The notes: generated by a model not told the origin, from the letters alone. Counted from the first letter of the stretch, positions 30,001-42,938 are shown. The stretch: DNA of 64,000 nucleotides from an uncultured Francisella sp. (GCA_943914555.1 CALUCM010000004.1:2137-66136), one strand, 5' to 3'. Translations and numbers: made by a program.

Positions 30001-30840
30001 TTAATTTACTAACTGTCGATGATGTACTAACACAGTATGCCCTTGATTTTTAAAGCATTGTGCTAACTTTTCTGTTATATAGACTGAACGATGTATCCCC
30101 CCTGTACAACCAATTGCAATGGTAAGGGATGCATTTTCTTGATAGTGAGAAATAATAGTGTTTAAGAATGAAAAAATATGCTTTAGCATCTCTTTGACTT
30201 CATTAAACTGTTCAAAATATAACTGAATTTTATGATCAAAACCAGTCAATTCTTTTAAATCAGTAGAATAATGAGGATTGGGCAAACAGCGCACATCAAA
30301 TACATAATTGGCATCAGAAGGAGCACCAAATTTAAAACCAAAAGATTGAAAAATAAGAATCAATGGACGAGATAACACCCCCACCCAATCTTTGATCCAC
30401 TGACGAAGTGTTCTTTTATGCATATATGAAGTGTCTAACACCAAAGATACTTCACGAATTGGTCCAAGTAATACTCTTTCTTTAGCAATTGCTTCTTTAA
30501 TAAGAGGAAAATGATCATGCAAAGGATGTGCACGTCTAGTTTCCAAATAACGCTGCAATAATATTTCATCTTTTGCTTCAAGAAATAATATGCGTACATT
30601 ATCCTGTGCCTGCTTGATCTTATATAACTGTTGGTTTAAAGACTTAAGTTGTGTTTTGGAGCGTGCGTCAATACTCACAGCAAGGAGATCAGTACCACCA
30701 GCTTTTCTATGCCAAGCAATTAAATGTTCTAATAATTCTAGAGGAATATTATCAACACAGTAAAAACCAAAATCTTCCAGTGCTTGCAGTGCCAATGATT
30801 TTCCAGAACCAGAAATTCCACTTACTAATACTAAATTCAT
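30001..30840 (-). CDS. rapZ: RNase adapter protein RapZ (YhbJ)
   Basis: It has the P-loop LVSGISGSGKS and the C-terminal IAIGCTGGIHRSV motif characteristic of RapZ. Confidence 0.88.
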   Translation of the reverse strand: MNLVLVSGISGSGKSLALQALEDFGFYCVDNIPLELLEHLIAWHRKAGGTDLLAVSIDARSKTQLKSLNQQLYKIKQAQDNVRILFLEAKDEILLQRYLETRRAHPLHDHFPLIKEAIAKERVLLGPIREVSLVLDTSYMHKRTLRQWIKDWVGVLSRPLILIFQSFGFKFGAPSDANYVFDVRCLPNPHYSTDLKELTGFDHKIQLYFEQFNEVKEMLKHIFSFLNTIISHYQENASLTIAIGCTGGIHRSVYITEKLAQCFKNQGHTVLVHHRQLVN

Positions 30841-31583
30841 TATTTGCTTTCATAATAATCACATAGTTGCTGTGCCTTAACCAAATCCAAAGTACCTTCA
30901 TATAAGGAACGGCCAACAATTACTGCAGCAATTTTGTTTTTACCTAATTTAAGTAATGCTTTGATATCATTAAGATTCTTTACACCACCAGAAGCAATGA
31001 TTGGAATAGACACCTGCTGCGCCAAAGCTAAGGTCATAGCAAGATTGATTCCACTTAACATACCATCTCTCTCAATATCCGTATAGATAATACCAGCTAC
31101 TCCAATGTCTACTAGTGTATTTGCCAAATCCAGTACCCTAAGTTGACTTATTTGTGCCCAGCCTTCAATCGCTACCAATTCGTTTTTGGCATCAATCCCA
31201 ACCCAAATACGACCAGGAAAACGTTGACAAGCTTCCCTGACTAAGTTTTGATCATTGACTGCCGCTGTACCTAAAATAATACGGTTAATACCCAGTCGAA
31301 ATAATTCGTTGATGGTATCAAGGTGCCGTATACCACCTCCTAATTGAATGGGGATCTGTCCATTAATTTCTTGAATAATGGCCTTAATGGCTACTAAATT
31401 CATTGGTTGGGCTGCAAAAGCGCCATCTAAATCCACCAAGTGAAGTCCACGTGCGCCTCTTGTCAACCAATGCCTTGCCATTTTGGCAGGATGAGAAGAA
31501 AAAGAGATGGCTTCTTCCATTTGTCCTTGTTTAAGGCGCACACATTCTCCACCTTTTAAATCAATTGCCGGGATCACTTGCAT
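30840..31583 (-). CDS. hisA: ProFAR isomerase HisA-like (TIM barrel)
   Basis: MQVIPAIDLKGGECVRLKQG and GGGIR are HisA hallmarks. The protein is 247 aa. It sits alone, with no other his genes nearby. Confidence 0.8.
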   Translation of the reverse strand: MQVIPAIDLKGGECVRLKQGQMEEAISFSSHPAKMARHWLTRGARGLHLVDLDGAFAAQPMNLVAIKAIIQEINGQIPIQLGGGIRHLDTINELFRLGINRIILGTAAVNDQNLVREACQRFPGRIWVGIDAKNELVAIEGWAQISQLRVLDLANTLVDIGVAGIIYTDIERDGMLSGINLAMTLALAQQVSIPIIASGGVKNLNDIKALLKLGKNKIAAVIVGRSLYEGTLDLVKAQQLCDYYESK

Positions 31584-31595
31584 GATATCAAATCC

Positions 31596-32150
31596 CTAAA
31601 AAAGAGAATAAATGCGTTGAGCAGCAAGTTTAAGCGCTCGATCCAGGGCTTGTAACATTGCTGGATAACCATTTTGTTGCTGTTTGACTTTAATATCAAA
31701 ATCATTAGCTTTTTGCACTTCATCTTCTTGATTTAACAATTTTGCATAACCTGTCACCCTTGCCGTTCCATTCAAATTACCCTGGAAGCGTTCAATAAAG
31801 ATGACGAGTTTTTTTGTGTGCCGATGGCTTGTATCAATAGTAAAAAAGCGTCGCTCTCTTTGCCCTAACTCATTTAAACGATTGCTTAAGTTATTACGAA
31901 TAGCTTCAGCAAGATTACCGACCCACTGATTTTGGCTAGTAAAAATTACTGTGCCCTCAGTATCACCAACAACCATAGAAGAGGTATTTAGATAGCTTGC
32001 TAACTGCAGTTCAATATGAGTAGCATGATCATTCTGCAATGGAGGAATAAAATGTGAGTGGGGCAAATAGTGGTATTGATTGGCTAAACTATGATCCATA
32101 AGAGAGCAAGCACTTAATAGACTAAGCAACAACGGAATAATGTATTTCAT
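31596..32150 (-). CDS. pqiC: Intermembrane transport lipoprotein PqiC (DUF330 / YmbA-like)
   Basis: It has a lipobox (LLSACS), is 184 aa, and lies immediately downstream of pqiB. Confidence 0.7.
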   Translation of the reverse strand: MKYIIPLLLSLLSACSLMDHSLANQYHYLPHSHFIPPLQNDHATHIELQLASYLNTSSMVVGDTEGTVIFTSQNQWVGNLAEAIRNNLSNRLNELGQRERRFFTIDTSHRHTKKLVIFIERFQGNLNGTARVTGYAKLLNQEDEVQKANDFDIKVKQQQNGYPAMLQALDRALKLAAQRIYSLF

Positions 32151-33757
32151 AATTGACCTTTTTTGGGCTGCGGATCAGGCAAAGCATTCAGTAAAGGGAT
32201 ACGGTTTGTCTTATTATTTAATGAACGGCTTAAATCATTTAGTTGTTGTATCAAATGCGAAATGTCTTGATACATGGGTGAATGAGGAGAAATTGCTTTA
32301 AGAGAATCGTTAAGTTCCTTAATATCCCGTGATAAATCATGCACAACTCCTTCTTTTTCTACACTACGAGTGATGTGTTTTATGGAACGCAAGGTTGCAT
32401 GTAATTCATCCAAATTGGCATTTAGTCGAGATAAAGTCTTGCCATTTACTATGGCTAGTAAATGATCAATTTTATTTATAATACTATCCAAACCAGTGAG
32501 CGTGGTTGGAATAACACGATAATGAGTGTAAGTGCGCATTGGATAAACAGCCTGATCAGATTCACCTCTCTCATATAAAGAGATATATTTAGTTCCCGTT
32601 ATATAATTTCCTGAAGCGATGGTTGCAACTAGACCATGTTTTAACGCATCTACCATTTCATGTTTAAAAGATGCATCATGCTGATTAAGTGGTAGCAAAG
32701 CTTTAGGATCAATATAAAATAAAATAGGAATGGACTTGCGCATTAGGATATTGATGTGATCAGTTAGCGGATAATACGGTACCTTAATTACACGGCCTAC
32801 AGCGATCCCCTTATAATCCACCAAGGTACCTTGCACAATACCACGGATACTTTGATCAAAAAAACCCACTAAATAATAAGCATTGTTAGGTACAGGTTTA
32901 GGAACCTCTAGCTCACTGGCATATACCTCAAATTGATGATTTTTTTCTATTGGCGCACCTTTGCCTTCTCCTTCTGGTTCACTAAAAGCAATGGAGCCAA
33001 CTAAATCATCAAAATTAAGCCCTTTGACCTTAATTTCCCCGCCACGAGTATCTAGCGCCACACCAAAAGAAATCCAAAAGCGAAGATTGTCACCAAGTAA
33101 TTGATCATTAGGTGCGTTAATAAAAATTTGATAATGAGGCTGTTTATCTTGAACATTAAAATAAGAATAAGTGACCATCCCTACTTTTACTCCGTGGTAC
33201 ATTACCGAACTGCCAGGAGCCAATAAAGTGTGATTGTTTCTACCAACCAGACGAAGTGCAGTGCCTTGGCTCTCAAACAGCATCGCAGGAGGCTGATCTA
33301 AAACCTCAAAAGCATTACTTTTTTGAGGACTTTTACCAGGCAAAGCGCCTATATATGATCCAGAAAGTAAAGTATTTAAACCAGAAACCCCTCCCTTAGT
33401 TAACATTGGCTTCACTACCCAATACTGACTATCAGAAGCCAAAAGCTGAGGATAATCACGATTAATATAGGCTGTTAATAACACCCCTTTGCCATTAGGA
33501 GCCAATTTAATCTGCTTGATCACACCCACATCCACATCTAACACTTTGATCACCGTACTGCCTGCTTTAAGATTTTCTGCACTAGCAATATGTAAAGTAA
33601 TGGGTCGCCCGATAGATTGATAGTAGTCATAAATCAACCAAATGCCTGTAACTATAGCAAGCAAAGGAATAAACCAAACCACAGACAAAAGGGATACTTT
33701 TGAACTTTTGACCAATTTCTTTTTTCTTTGCGTGTCATCCACTTTTATGATTCCCAT
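32147..33757 (-). CDS. pqiB: Intermembrane transport protein PqiB (multi-MCE domain)
   Basis: It has an N-terminal TM helix followed by repeated MCE domains and is 536 aa (E. coli PqiB is 546 aa). Confidence 0.85.
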   Translation of the reverse strand: MGIIKVDDTQRKKKLVKSSKVSLLSVVWFIPLLAIVTGIWLIYDYYQSIGRPITLHIASAENLKAGSTVIKVLDVDVGVIKQIKLAPNGKGVLLTAYINRDYPQLLASDSQYWVVKPMLTKGGVSGLNTLLSGSYIGALPGKSPQKSNAFEVLDQPPAMLFESQGTALRLVGRNNHTLLAPGSSVMYHGVKVGMVTYSYFNVQDKQPHYQIFINAPNDQLLGDNLRFWISFGVALDTRGGEIKVKGLNFDDLVGSIAFSEPEGEGKGAPIEKNHQFEVYASELEVPKPVPNNAYYLVGFFDQSIRGIVQGTLVDYKGIAVGRVIKVPYYPLTDHINILMRKSIPILFYIDPKALLPLNQHDASFKHEMVDALKHGLVATIASGNYITGTKYISLYERGESDQAVYPMRTYTHYRVIPTTLTGLDSIINKIDHLLAIVNGKTLSRLNANLDELHATLRSIKHITRSVEKEGVVHDLSRDIKELNDSLKAISPHSPMYQDISHLIQQLNDLSRSLNNKTNRIPLLNALPDPQPKKGQL

Positions 33758-34937
33758 CTAGCCATAATAAACGGGTATCGATAGCAGCAGTTGCTAGCAT
33801 AGTTAAATTAACCAATAAGCAAAAATAGAATACAGCAGAACCCGCTGAAATAAATACCGCCTTGCTATGAAACAATGAAACCATCAACATGATAACAAAA
33901 ACGTCAATCATCGACCAACGCCCAATACGTTCTATCGCTACATAACACCAAGTCAGTTTCTTTGGCGGTATTGGTTGCTGTTGATGAATATGAATACTCA
34001 ACAATAAAATAAATAAAATAAAAAGCTTGAAAATAGGAATTATAAAACTGGCAATAAAAATGACACTAGAAATCAGATAATCTCCACTGTTCCAAATGGA
34101 GATAACCCCTTGTAAAATATTACTATGGTACGGCTGAAAACCAATACCTTCTGTGTTCATCATTGGCAAAATATTTGCCGGTACATAAAAGATTAGGGAA
34201 GTGAATAATAGTGCCCAAGCCAACTGCACTTTTGGTTTAGCCATATTTTTTATCGTCTCATCGCTATATTTATTCAAAAGTAGCTTTTGTTGATATATCT
34301 GGGCAACCTGATCCTTTAACCAATATATGGAGCTTGCCAATACTAGGCGAGCCAAAAAAATAGAGTACGCAAATAGCACCACCATTGCCTGCCCAAAACC
34401 AAAATCAGCCAGAGCATTCACTTTAATCAAAGCCACAATAATAGAAATAAAAAAAATATCCACCATCATCCATGGCCGAAGGTATGCAATTATGGCAATA
34501 GCCTTTTGCATTAATGGCCATTTTTTTCTAAACAAAATACCCAAATAAAGATAAAGGTGAGTAAAAATAAAGATTAGGGGCAAAAAAATTACTAAAAACA
34601 GATAGATAAAAGCTAAAAAAAGATTACCTAGTTGCTGCAAATATTTAAATAATTGCCAAATCGAAAGAGTAGTGACTTGTTCAACATACGGCAAAGTTAC
34701 CGTTAACAAAGGAAAAATAAGACAAAGGATAAAAGAAAATAGAGCCAAAAAACTATAAATCAACGGCACCAAAATTGGATGGCGTTCAATACGAATCAAG
34801 GTTTCTTGACAACGTGGACATTTAATCTGCTCTCCAGGATAAACTCGATCAATAACAAAATCCGTATTACAGAAATGGCAAACAATTTCTCTAGATGAAA
34901 TAGTTGAATCTCGCTGGATGCCCATTGAAATTGACAA
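33735..34937 (-). CDS. pqiA: Intermembrane transport protein PqiA
   Basis: It has zinc-ribbon pairs CHFCNTDF...CPRCQETL plus a duplicated polytopic PqiA membrane domain and is 400 aa. Confidence 0.85.
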   Translation of the reverse strand: MSISMGIQRDSTISSREIVCHFCNTDFVIDRVYPGEQIKCPRCQETLIRIERHPILVPLIYSFLALFSFILCLIFPLLTVTLPYVEQVTTLSIWQLFKYLQQLGNLFLAFIYLFLVIFLPLIFIFTHLYLYLGILFRKKWPLMQKAIAIIAYLRPWMMVDIFFISIIVALIKVNALADFGFGQAMVVLFAYSIFLARLVLASSIYWLKDQVAQIYQQKLLLNKYSDETIKNMAKPKVQLAWALLFTSLIFYVPANILPMMNTEGIGFQPYHSNILQGVISIWNSGDYLISSVIFIASFIIPIFKLFILFILLLSIHIHQQQPIPPKKLTWCYVAIERIGRWSMIDVFVIMLMVSLFHSKAVFISAGSAVFYFCLLVNLTMLATAAIDTRLLWLDGNHKSG

Positions 34938-35135
34938 AACCTCCTATCGATCAGTTGGGTGCACTTTCTTATCATAACACGCTTCTTTACCGGCATCCGT
35001 ATCGTCTATAAATTGGAAGCAACTGATTGGTATAAGTTCAAAAATAAATTTTACAAACAAAAGATACACCAGCAAACTGCACTTACTCTCTATTATCTCT
35101 GACCGAGATAAAGCACAAGTACAAAAGCTTCAATG

Positions 35136-37556
<2,421 letters not shown>

Positions 37557-38666
37557 TTAAATCTTCATTGGCATTACAACATATTTAAAGTGAGGATCAT
37601 CTGGAATAGTTACAAGTGCTGAACTTTTTTCATTTGCAAAAGCAAAGCGTATCTCTTCACTTTTTGCGCTGCGTAATACATCTAACAAATAAACAATATT
37701 AAAACCTAAATCAAGTGACTGCCCCTGATAAGCGATTTCTAATTCCTCCTGTGCTAGCTCTTGTTCATTATTGGTACAAGAAATGGTCATTAAACCAGGA
37801 CGCAAAAACAAATTGACCCCCCGTAACTTCTCATTGGCCAAAATAGACACTCTCTCTAATGCCCCTAATAGTTGTTGACGATTAATCATAAAATAATTCG
37901 GGTTATCTTTAGGAATCACCGATTGATAGTTAGGGAAACGCCCATCAATCACTTTACTGATTAAAGTCGCCTTAGATGTACTAAAACGCATTTTGTCTGT
38001 TAGCAGTTCCAAGGTAACAAGATTGTCTGGCTCATCTAAGAGCTTATACAGTTCAAGCACTGTTTTTCGAGGGATAATCACTTCATCAAAATTGGGAAGA
38101 TCTTCACCCATTTCACAAGCAGTATAGGCCAGACGGTGCCCATCAGTTGCAACCATACGTAATTCCTTATCCACAACTTGAATCAACACACCCATTAAAA
38201 AATAACGAATGTCTTGTGCTGCCATGGCATATTGAATTAACGATAACATTTTATAAAGCACTTTTTGCTCGACACTAAAAGCCAAACGAACTGTATCTTC
38301 TACCTTCATTAAAGGGAAATCCCTTGCTTCTAATATCTGTAAGTTGTACGACCCTTTTCCTGAGCGTAATGTCAAAATATGCTGATCCAAACTTAATTTG
38401 ACAGTTGCCAAATCTGGCAAAGCTCTTAAAATCTCTAACAGTTTCCTAATATTAGTAGTAAAAGCAAAAGTAGAGTCATTCCCTATTTTAGGACCCAAGG
38501 TATGCATTTGAATTTCCAAATCCGTACCGATAAAGCCCACTTGTCCGTTTTTACTTTCAATATACACATTTGACAGTATAGGCATAGTATGTCGTCTTTC
38601 CACAATACCAGAAATCAGCTGTAATGGCTTTAGCAGTTCTGCACGAGTGGTCTCTAGTATTAACAT
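37557..38666 (-). CDS. dnaN: DNA polymerase III beta sliding clamp
   Basis: 369 aa. Its position between dnaA and gyrB and its DnaN-like three-domain length support the call. Confidence 0.9.
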   Translation of the reverse strand: MLILETTRAELLKPLQLISGIVERRHTMPILSNVYIESKNGQVGFIGTDLEIQMHTLGPKIGNDSTFAFTTNIRKLLEILRALPDLATVKLSLDQHILTLRSGKGSYNLQILEARDFPLMKVEDTVRLAFSVEQKVLYKMLSLIQYAMAAQDIRYFLMGVLIQVVDKELRMVATDGHRLAYTACEMGEDLPNFDEVIIPRKTVLELYKLLDEPDNLVTLELLTDKMRFSTSKATLISKVIDGRFPNYQSVIPKDNPNYFMINRQQLLGALERVSILANEKLRGVNLFLRPGLMTISCTNNEQELAQEELEIAYQGQSLDLGFNIVYLLDVLRSAKSEEIRFAFANEKSSALVTIPDDPHFKYVVMPMKI

Positions 38667-38722
38667 CAGATTTATCCTTTCATTCTTTCATTATGTCTAT
38701 TTGAGCAGTTTTATTACATCGT

Positions 38723-40147
38723 TTATTGGCTTAGAGTTTTAACTAAAATATTATACTCTCGGTCCAGTTCACTATCTTTTAGCCTCAGTTTAGCAATAGC
38801 ACGGTGTGCGTGAATGACAGTACTATGATCTTTACCAAAAGCCTGACCAATGGCTGGTAGTTTATATTCTGTTAACTCTTTAGCCAGACTCATGGCAATT
38901 TGTCTTGGTCGTACAATAGACTGTTTTCTTAGTTTTCCTTTTAAATCAGATAATTTTATCGAATAATATTCAGCTACCACTCGTTGAATTTCATCAATAG
39001 TAATAGGCTTATACCCCTGAGCTAAAATATCTTTGAGCGCAGATTTTGCTAGCTCAATAGTCAAAGGCTGTTTGGTAAAATTAGTATGTGCACGCACTCG
39101 GTTTAAGGCACCTTCTAACTCTCTGACATTTGACTTAATGTGTTGGGCAATAAAAAAAGCGATTTCTTCAGGAAGTTCAAAAAAAGTATTACTAGCCTTT
39201 TTCTGCAAAATAGCAACACGCAGCTCTAACTCAGGTGGATCAATCTCCGTTGTTAGACCTCCTGAAAAGCGAGAAATCAAACGCTTATCAAGTTTATCAA
39301 TCCTTGCTGGAAGACAGTCTGCTGTTAAGATAATCTGCTTGCCCTGATCTAGCAAATGATTAAAAAGATAAAAAAACTCTTCCATGGATTTTTCTTTGCC
39401 AGCAATGAATTGAACATCATCCAAAATAAGCAAGCCTAGATCTTGATAGGTCCTTTTAAAACCATCGATATCAGCTCTCCTTACATGCCTGACATAATCA
39501 TTGACAAATTTATCAGCATGGATATAGCGGATGCGAAGATTAGGATTTAAAGAAAATAATCGATTGGCAATAGCCTGTACTAAATGAGTTTTACCAAGAC
39601 CTGTTGCTCCATAAACAAAAAAAGGATTGTAGTCTTTTTTTCCTGGCTGCTTAGTAATAGCAACACCAATACTATGCGCTACTTGATTGCTTGTTCCTAC
39701 CACTAAATTATCAAAATTAAGTTCAGGATTAAGCCGCGTATGTTCATACCCTGGGGGGCTTCGCTTTTTTTCTCGAACACTATTTTCTGCCCCTTTTACG
39801 CTTTCAAATCTTTGATTTTTAGTAATTTCTACTCTTTGAACTAATCCGTTTTTCTTTTTACTAGAGGAACTAATAAACTCTTGTAAAGCAATTTCTCCCA
39901 AACCAACTTCTAAAATAATGGTTGGCAAATCTGCTTTAAAATGCTCTTTCAGCTCATTAATCTTGGAAAGACAGTTCTCTTTAACAAGGTTAAGAATAAA
40001 ATTACTTGGAGCGTATAGATGCCAACTTTCCTTACCTTCACTTGTAGTAAGAAGCGGTATCCACGTTGCAAATTGATAAGGATCCATTTCCTTTGCAAGA
40101 TGTCCAACGCACGTGCGCCAAAAGTTGGTGAAATCTTCCATATACAC
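38723..40147 (-). CDS. dnaA: Chromosomal replication initiator DnaA
   Basis: It has the AAA+ block NPFFVYGATGLGKTHL and the domain IV block AFGKDHSTVIHAHRAI, and is 474 aa. Confidence 0.95.
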   Translation of the reverse strand: MYMEDFTNFWRTCVGHLAKEMDPYQFATWIPLLTTSEGKESWHLYAPSNFILNLVKENCLSKINELKEHFKADLPTIILEVGLGEIALQEFISSSSKKKNGLVQRVEITKNQRFESVKGAENSVREKKRSPPGYEHTRLNPELNFDNLVVGTSNQVAHSIGVAITKQPGKKDYNPFFVYGATGLGKTHLVQAIANRLFSLNPNLRIRYIHADKFVNDYVRHVRRADIDGFKRTYQDLGLLILDDVQFIAGKEKSMEEFFYLFNHLLDQGKQIILTADCLPARIDKLDKRLISRFSGGLTTEIDPPELELRVAILQKKASNTFFELPEEIAFFIAQHIKSNVRELEGALNRVRAHTNFTKQPLTIELAKSALKDILAQGYKPITIDEIQRVVAEYYSIKLSDLKGKLRKQSIVRPRQIAMSLAKELTEYKLPAIGQAFGKDHSTVIHAHRAIAKLRLKDSELDREYNILVKTLSQ

Positions 40148-40326
40148 TTGATGTCTAAATAGGCTGTATCGAAAATACTAAGCTACCTTCTTGGAGTTTT
40201 CTTAATAGAATAGCACTTAATAACTCAAATTAAGTACTTTGTGATTATACCCCTAAATCAGCTTATTTTTAAAAGCCTTATCTTGACCGATTTACCGTAC
40301 TAATAGTTTTTTCACCACGTCCTATA

Positions 40327-40355
40327 TTGACAAGAGACAACAGGGGAAATATAAT
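40327..40355 (+). promoter_or_regulatory. Consensus sigma-70 promoter for the rpmH-rnpA-yidD-yidC operon
   Basis: TTGACA (40327-40332), a 17-bp spacer, then TATAAT (40350-40355). Both hexamers are perfect consensus and lie about 65 bp upstream of the rpmH ATG. Confidence 0.75.
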
Positions 40356-40419
40356 CAAAAATTGACCTTAAAAATAACTACCATCTAAAAACTATCCACT
40401 GCAACATGGGTGACCAATC

Positions 40420-40554
40420 ATGAAAAGAACTTATCAACCCTCCAATATTAAAAGAAAGCGTACTCATGGATTTTTAGTGCGCTCAAGAACTCGCGCTGGG
40501 AAAGCTATATTGGCTGCTCGTCGTGCAAAAGGTAGGCACCGCCTCGCTGTTTAA
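40420..40554 (+). CDS. rpmH: 50S ribosomal protein L34
   Basis: The 44-aa ORF is not in the supplied track (below its size cutoff). It reads [44 protein letters not shown], a canonical L34. Confidence 0.95.
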   Translation: MKRTYQPSNIKRKRTHGFLVRSRTRAGKAILAARRAKGRHRLAV

Positions 40555-40608
40555 GTTGACCAAGGAGTGCGCTGTTGTTCATGTCACTTTAGAGCACCAG
40601 AAAAACAA

Positions 40609-40953
40609 ATGCCTGATTTTTCTTTTAGTAAAAACAGACGCTTACTGGATCAGCGAGATTTTAAAAAAGTGTTTGAGCAACAAAAAGTATTTTATTGCTC
40701 TCAGATAAAGATATTTTACTTTTTAAAAACAGTTCAACACCGACGCTTGGGTTTGATTGTGAGTAAAAAAACAGCCAAAAGAGCTGTGAGACGCAATTAT
40801 ATGAAGCGTGTACTGCGAGAATGGTTTCGGTACAACCAAGATCATTTACCTGCTGGTGATTATATCTTTCTTATCAAAAGAGCTTTTGATCACTCAAATC
40901 TCGCTTTGGCAAAAAGAGAATTAGCGCTGTTTATTAAAAAATGTGAGCGATAG
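40609..40953 (+). CDS. rnpA: Ribonuclease P protein component
   Basis: FSFSKNRRLLDQRDFKKVFEQ aligns to E. coli [21 protein letters not shown], and IVSKKTAKRAVRRNYMKR matches the RNR motif region. Start is taken at the internal ATG at 40609; the track ORF starts at 40567. Confidence 0.88.
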   Translation: MPDFSFSKNRRLLDQRDFKKVFEQQKVFYCSQIKIFYFLKTVQHRRLGLIVSKKTAKRAVRRNYMKRVLREWFRYNQDHLPAGDYIFLIKRAFDHSNLALAKRELALFIKKCER

Positions 40954-40955
40954 TT

Positions 40956-41183
40956 ATGAAGTGGCTATTGATTTTTTTTATTCGCTTTTATCAGATTGCG
41001 ATCAGCCCATATTTTTCTGCCTGCTGCCGCTTTCAACCAACCTGTTCTGAATACGCTGTTATAGCAATACGCCAATTTGGCGCCACTCAAGGAAGTTGGC
41101 TTGCCTTAAAGCGCCTAGTGCGATGCCGTCCTAAACAAATATTTGGCTTTGATCCTGTTCCAGAATCTATCGTAAGGAAGTAA
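40956..41183 (+). CDS. yidD: Membrane protein insertion efficiency factor YidD
   Basis: YQIAISPYFSACCRFQPTCSEYA is the YidD signature. Confidence 0.92.
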   Translation: MKWLLIFFIRFYQIAISPYFSACCRFQPTCSEYAVIAIRQFGATQGSWLALKRLVRCRPKQIFGFDPVPESIVRK

Positions 41184-41185
41184 TC

Positions 41186-42847
41186 ATGTACCGCCCCCCC
41201 CACCAGTCTTCTGATAGCACTAAAAATGCGGTTGTATTTTTGATTATTTTATTTATCGTAATGGTTACCTGGCAATGGTTATTTCCAGCACCACCCTCTT
41301 CTTCTAGCTCACTGCCTAATACTCAAATTGCTTCTAAACAATACAAAGATAATCCGCACGAAAAAAATCTTCCAGCCAACACCACTGCTAACAGCACCTT
41401 CGCCCATTCTCGTACGCTCAAGGTAGAAACTGATCACTATGATATTTTACTGGATGAAGCAACTGGAGATATCACGCAGCTAACCTTGAAAAAACATCAC
41501 TCTGATCAACAGAAAAAAGAGGCGGTGCTTTTAATGAATCCAAAGATTAATTACCGTGCACAAAGTCGTTTAATCTTTGCTGATAATGGCCAATTTTTGC
41601 TAGAGAAAATCCCTTTTATAGCTAGCAAAGACCACTATACATTAGCGCCAGATCAAGACAGTTTAACAGTAGTGTTACATAAGCAATCAAATGATTTGCA
41701 GATACAAAAGATTCTCACCTTTAGAAAGGGGAGTTATTTGATTGAAATGAAATATGTCGTCTTAAATCGCAGCCAGAATCCATTACACCTAATCGCACTT
41801 TACCGTTTATTACATAATGGAACACCTGAACCTTCTCATTTCTTCAACAAATTTTATACAGGGCCCGTGCTTTATACCCAAAATAAATTTAGCAAAATTC
41901 CCTTTAATGACATTGCAAATAAAAAAACCAACGTGCCATCGATTCTACATAATGGTTGGTTAGGGATCAGTCAGCATTATTTTGCTTCTGTCTTTTTACT
42001 TAATCCAATTGGACATCCTTCTGTATGCCAGCCCAGTCCTTGCCAGCTTTATATAGACAATAATCGAGAAGATAAACTATATCAAGTTGGTTTCACTATT
42101 ATGTTACCAGTCATTGGTACTGGTCAAAATCAGCAATGGTCAGTTGATCTTTTTTCTGGACCAGAGGAATACCAAGCTCTGGTAGCAGTAGACCCTAAAT
42201 TACCCTTGATTAAAGACTACGGCATTTGGCATGTCTTTGCTAACCCTTTATTTCTGATGTTGAAATACATCCATCAACTGATTGGCAATTGGGGTTGGTC
42301 AATTATTATTCTAGTATTTTTACTAAGACTGATCCTATTCCCTTTGAATTCTGCCTCTTTTAAAAGTATGGCAAAAATGCGCAAAATGGCGCCTAAAATG
42401 CAGTCGATTAAAGAAAACTATGGCAAAGATAGAATAAAAATGCAGCAAGAAATGATGGCTCTTTACAAAAAAGAAAAAATCAATCCTTTAGGTGGTTGTT
42501 TGCCAATGTTACTGCAAATCCCTATTTTTTTAGGTTTATATTGGGTATTATTTAATTCAGTTGAGTTACGTGGTGCATCATGGCTTGGTTGGGTAACTGA
42601 TCTATCACAAAAAGATCCTTACTTTGTTTTACCTCTTTTACTTGCTATGACTATGTTTTTACAAAGCCATTTAAATCCCCCCACAGGGGATCCAACGCAA
42701 GCCCGATTAATGAAAATTATGCCAATTGCATTTTCTGTCATGTTCTTCTTCATGCCATCAGGGTTGGTACTTTATTGGTTGGTAAATAACATCCTCACTA
42801 TTGCTCAGCAATGGCTTATTACTCGTTCAATAGAAAAACAGAAATAA
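41186..42847 (+). CDS. yidC: Membrane protein insertase YidC
   Basis: 553 aa with a large periplasmic domain, followed by the conserved C-terminal 5-TM core (LQIPIFLGLYW). Confidence 0.93.
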   Translation: MYRPPHQSSDSTKNAVVFLIILFIVMVTWQWLFPAPPSSSSSLPNTQIASKQYKDNPHEKNLPANTTANSTFAHSRTLKVETDHYDILLDEATGDITQLTLKKHHSDQQKKEAVLLMNPKINYRAQSRLIFADNGQFLLEKIPFIASKDHYTLAPDQDSLTVVLHKQSNDLQIQKILTFRKGSYLIEMKYVVLNRSQNPLHLIALYRLLHNGTPEPSHFFNKFYTGPVLYTQNKFSKIPFNDIANKKTNVPSILHNGWLGISQHYFASVFLLNPIGHPSVCQPSPCQLYIDNNREDKLYQVGFTIMLPVIGTGQNQQWSVDLFSGPEEYQALVAVDPKLPLIKDYGIWHVFANPLFLMLKYIHQLIGNWGWSIIILVFLLRLILFPLNSASFKSMAKMRKMAPKMQSIKENYGKDRIKMQQEMMALYKKEKINPLGGCLPMLLQIPIFLGLYWVLFNSVELRGASWLGWVTDLSQKDPYFVLPLLLAMTMFLQSHLNPPTGDPTQARLMKIMPIAFSVMFFFMPSGLVLYWLVNNILTIAQQWLITRSIEKQK

Positions 42848-42938
42848 AGTACGCTACAGCCACAATCCAGGCAAAACGTCTATTATGGCTTTTGAGCAAA
42901 CTTGATTATCTTATTTCGTGAATACTGATTTCAATCAT

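Noticed and set aside
40148-40419. oriC between dnaA and rpmH
   Set aside because: Only two weak DnaA-box-like 9-mers (two or more mismatches each) are present and there is no AT-rich repeat cluster. The region is better explained by the rpmH and dnaA promoters.
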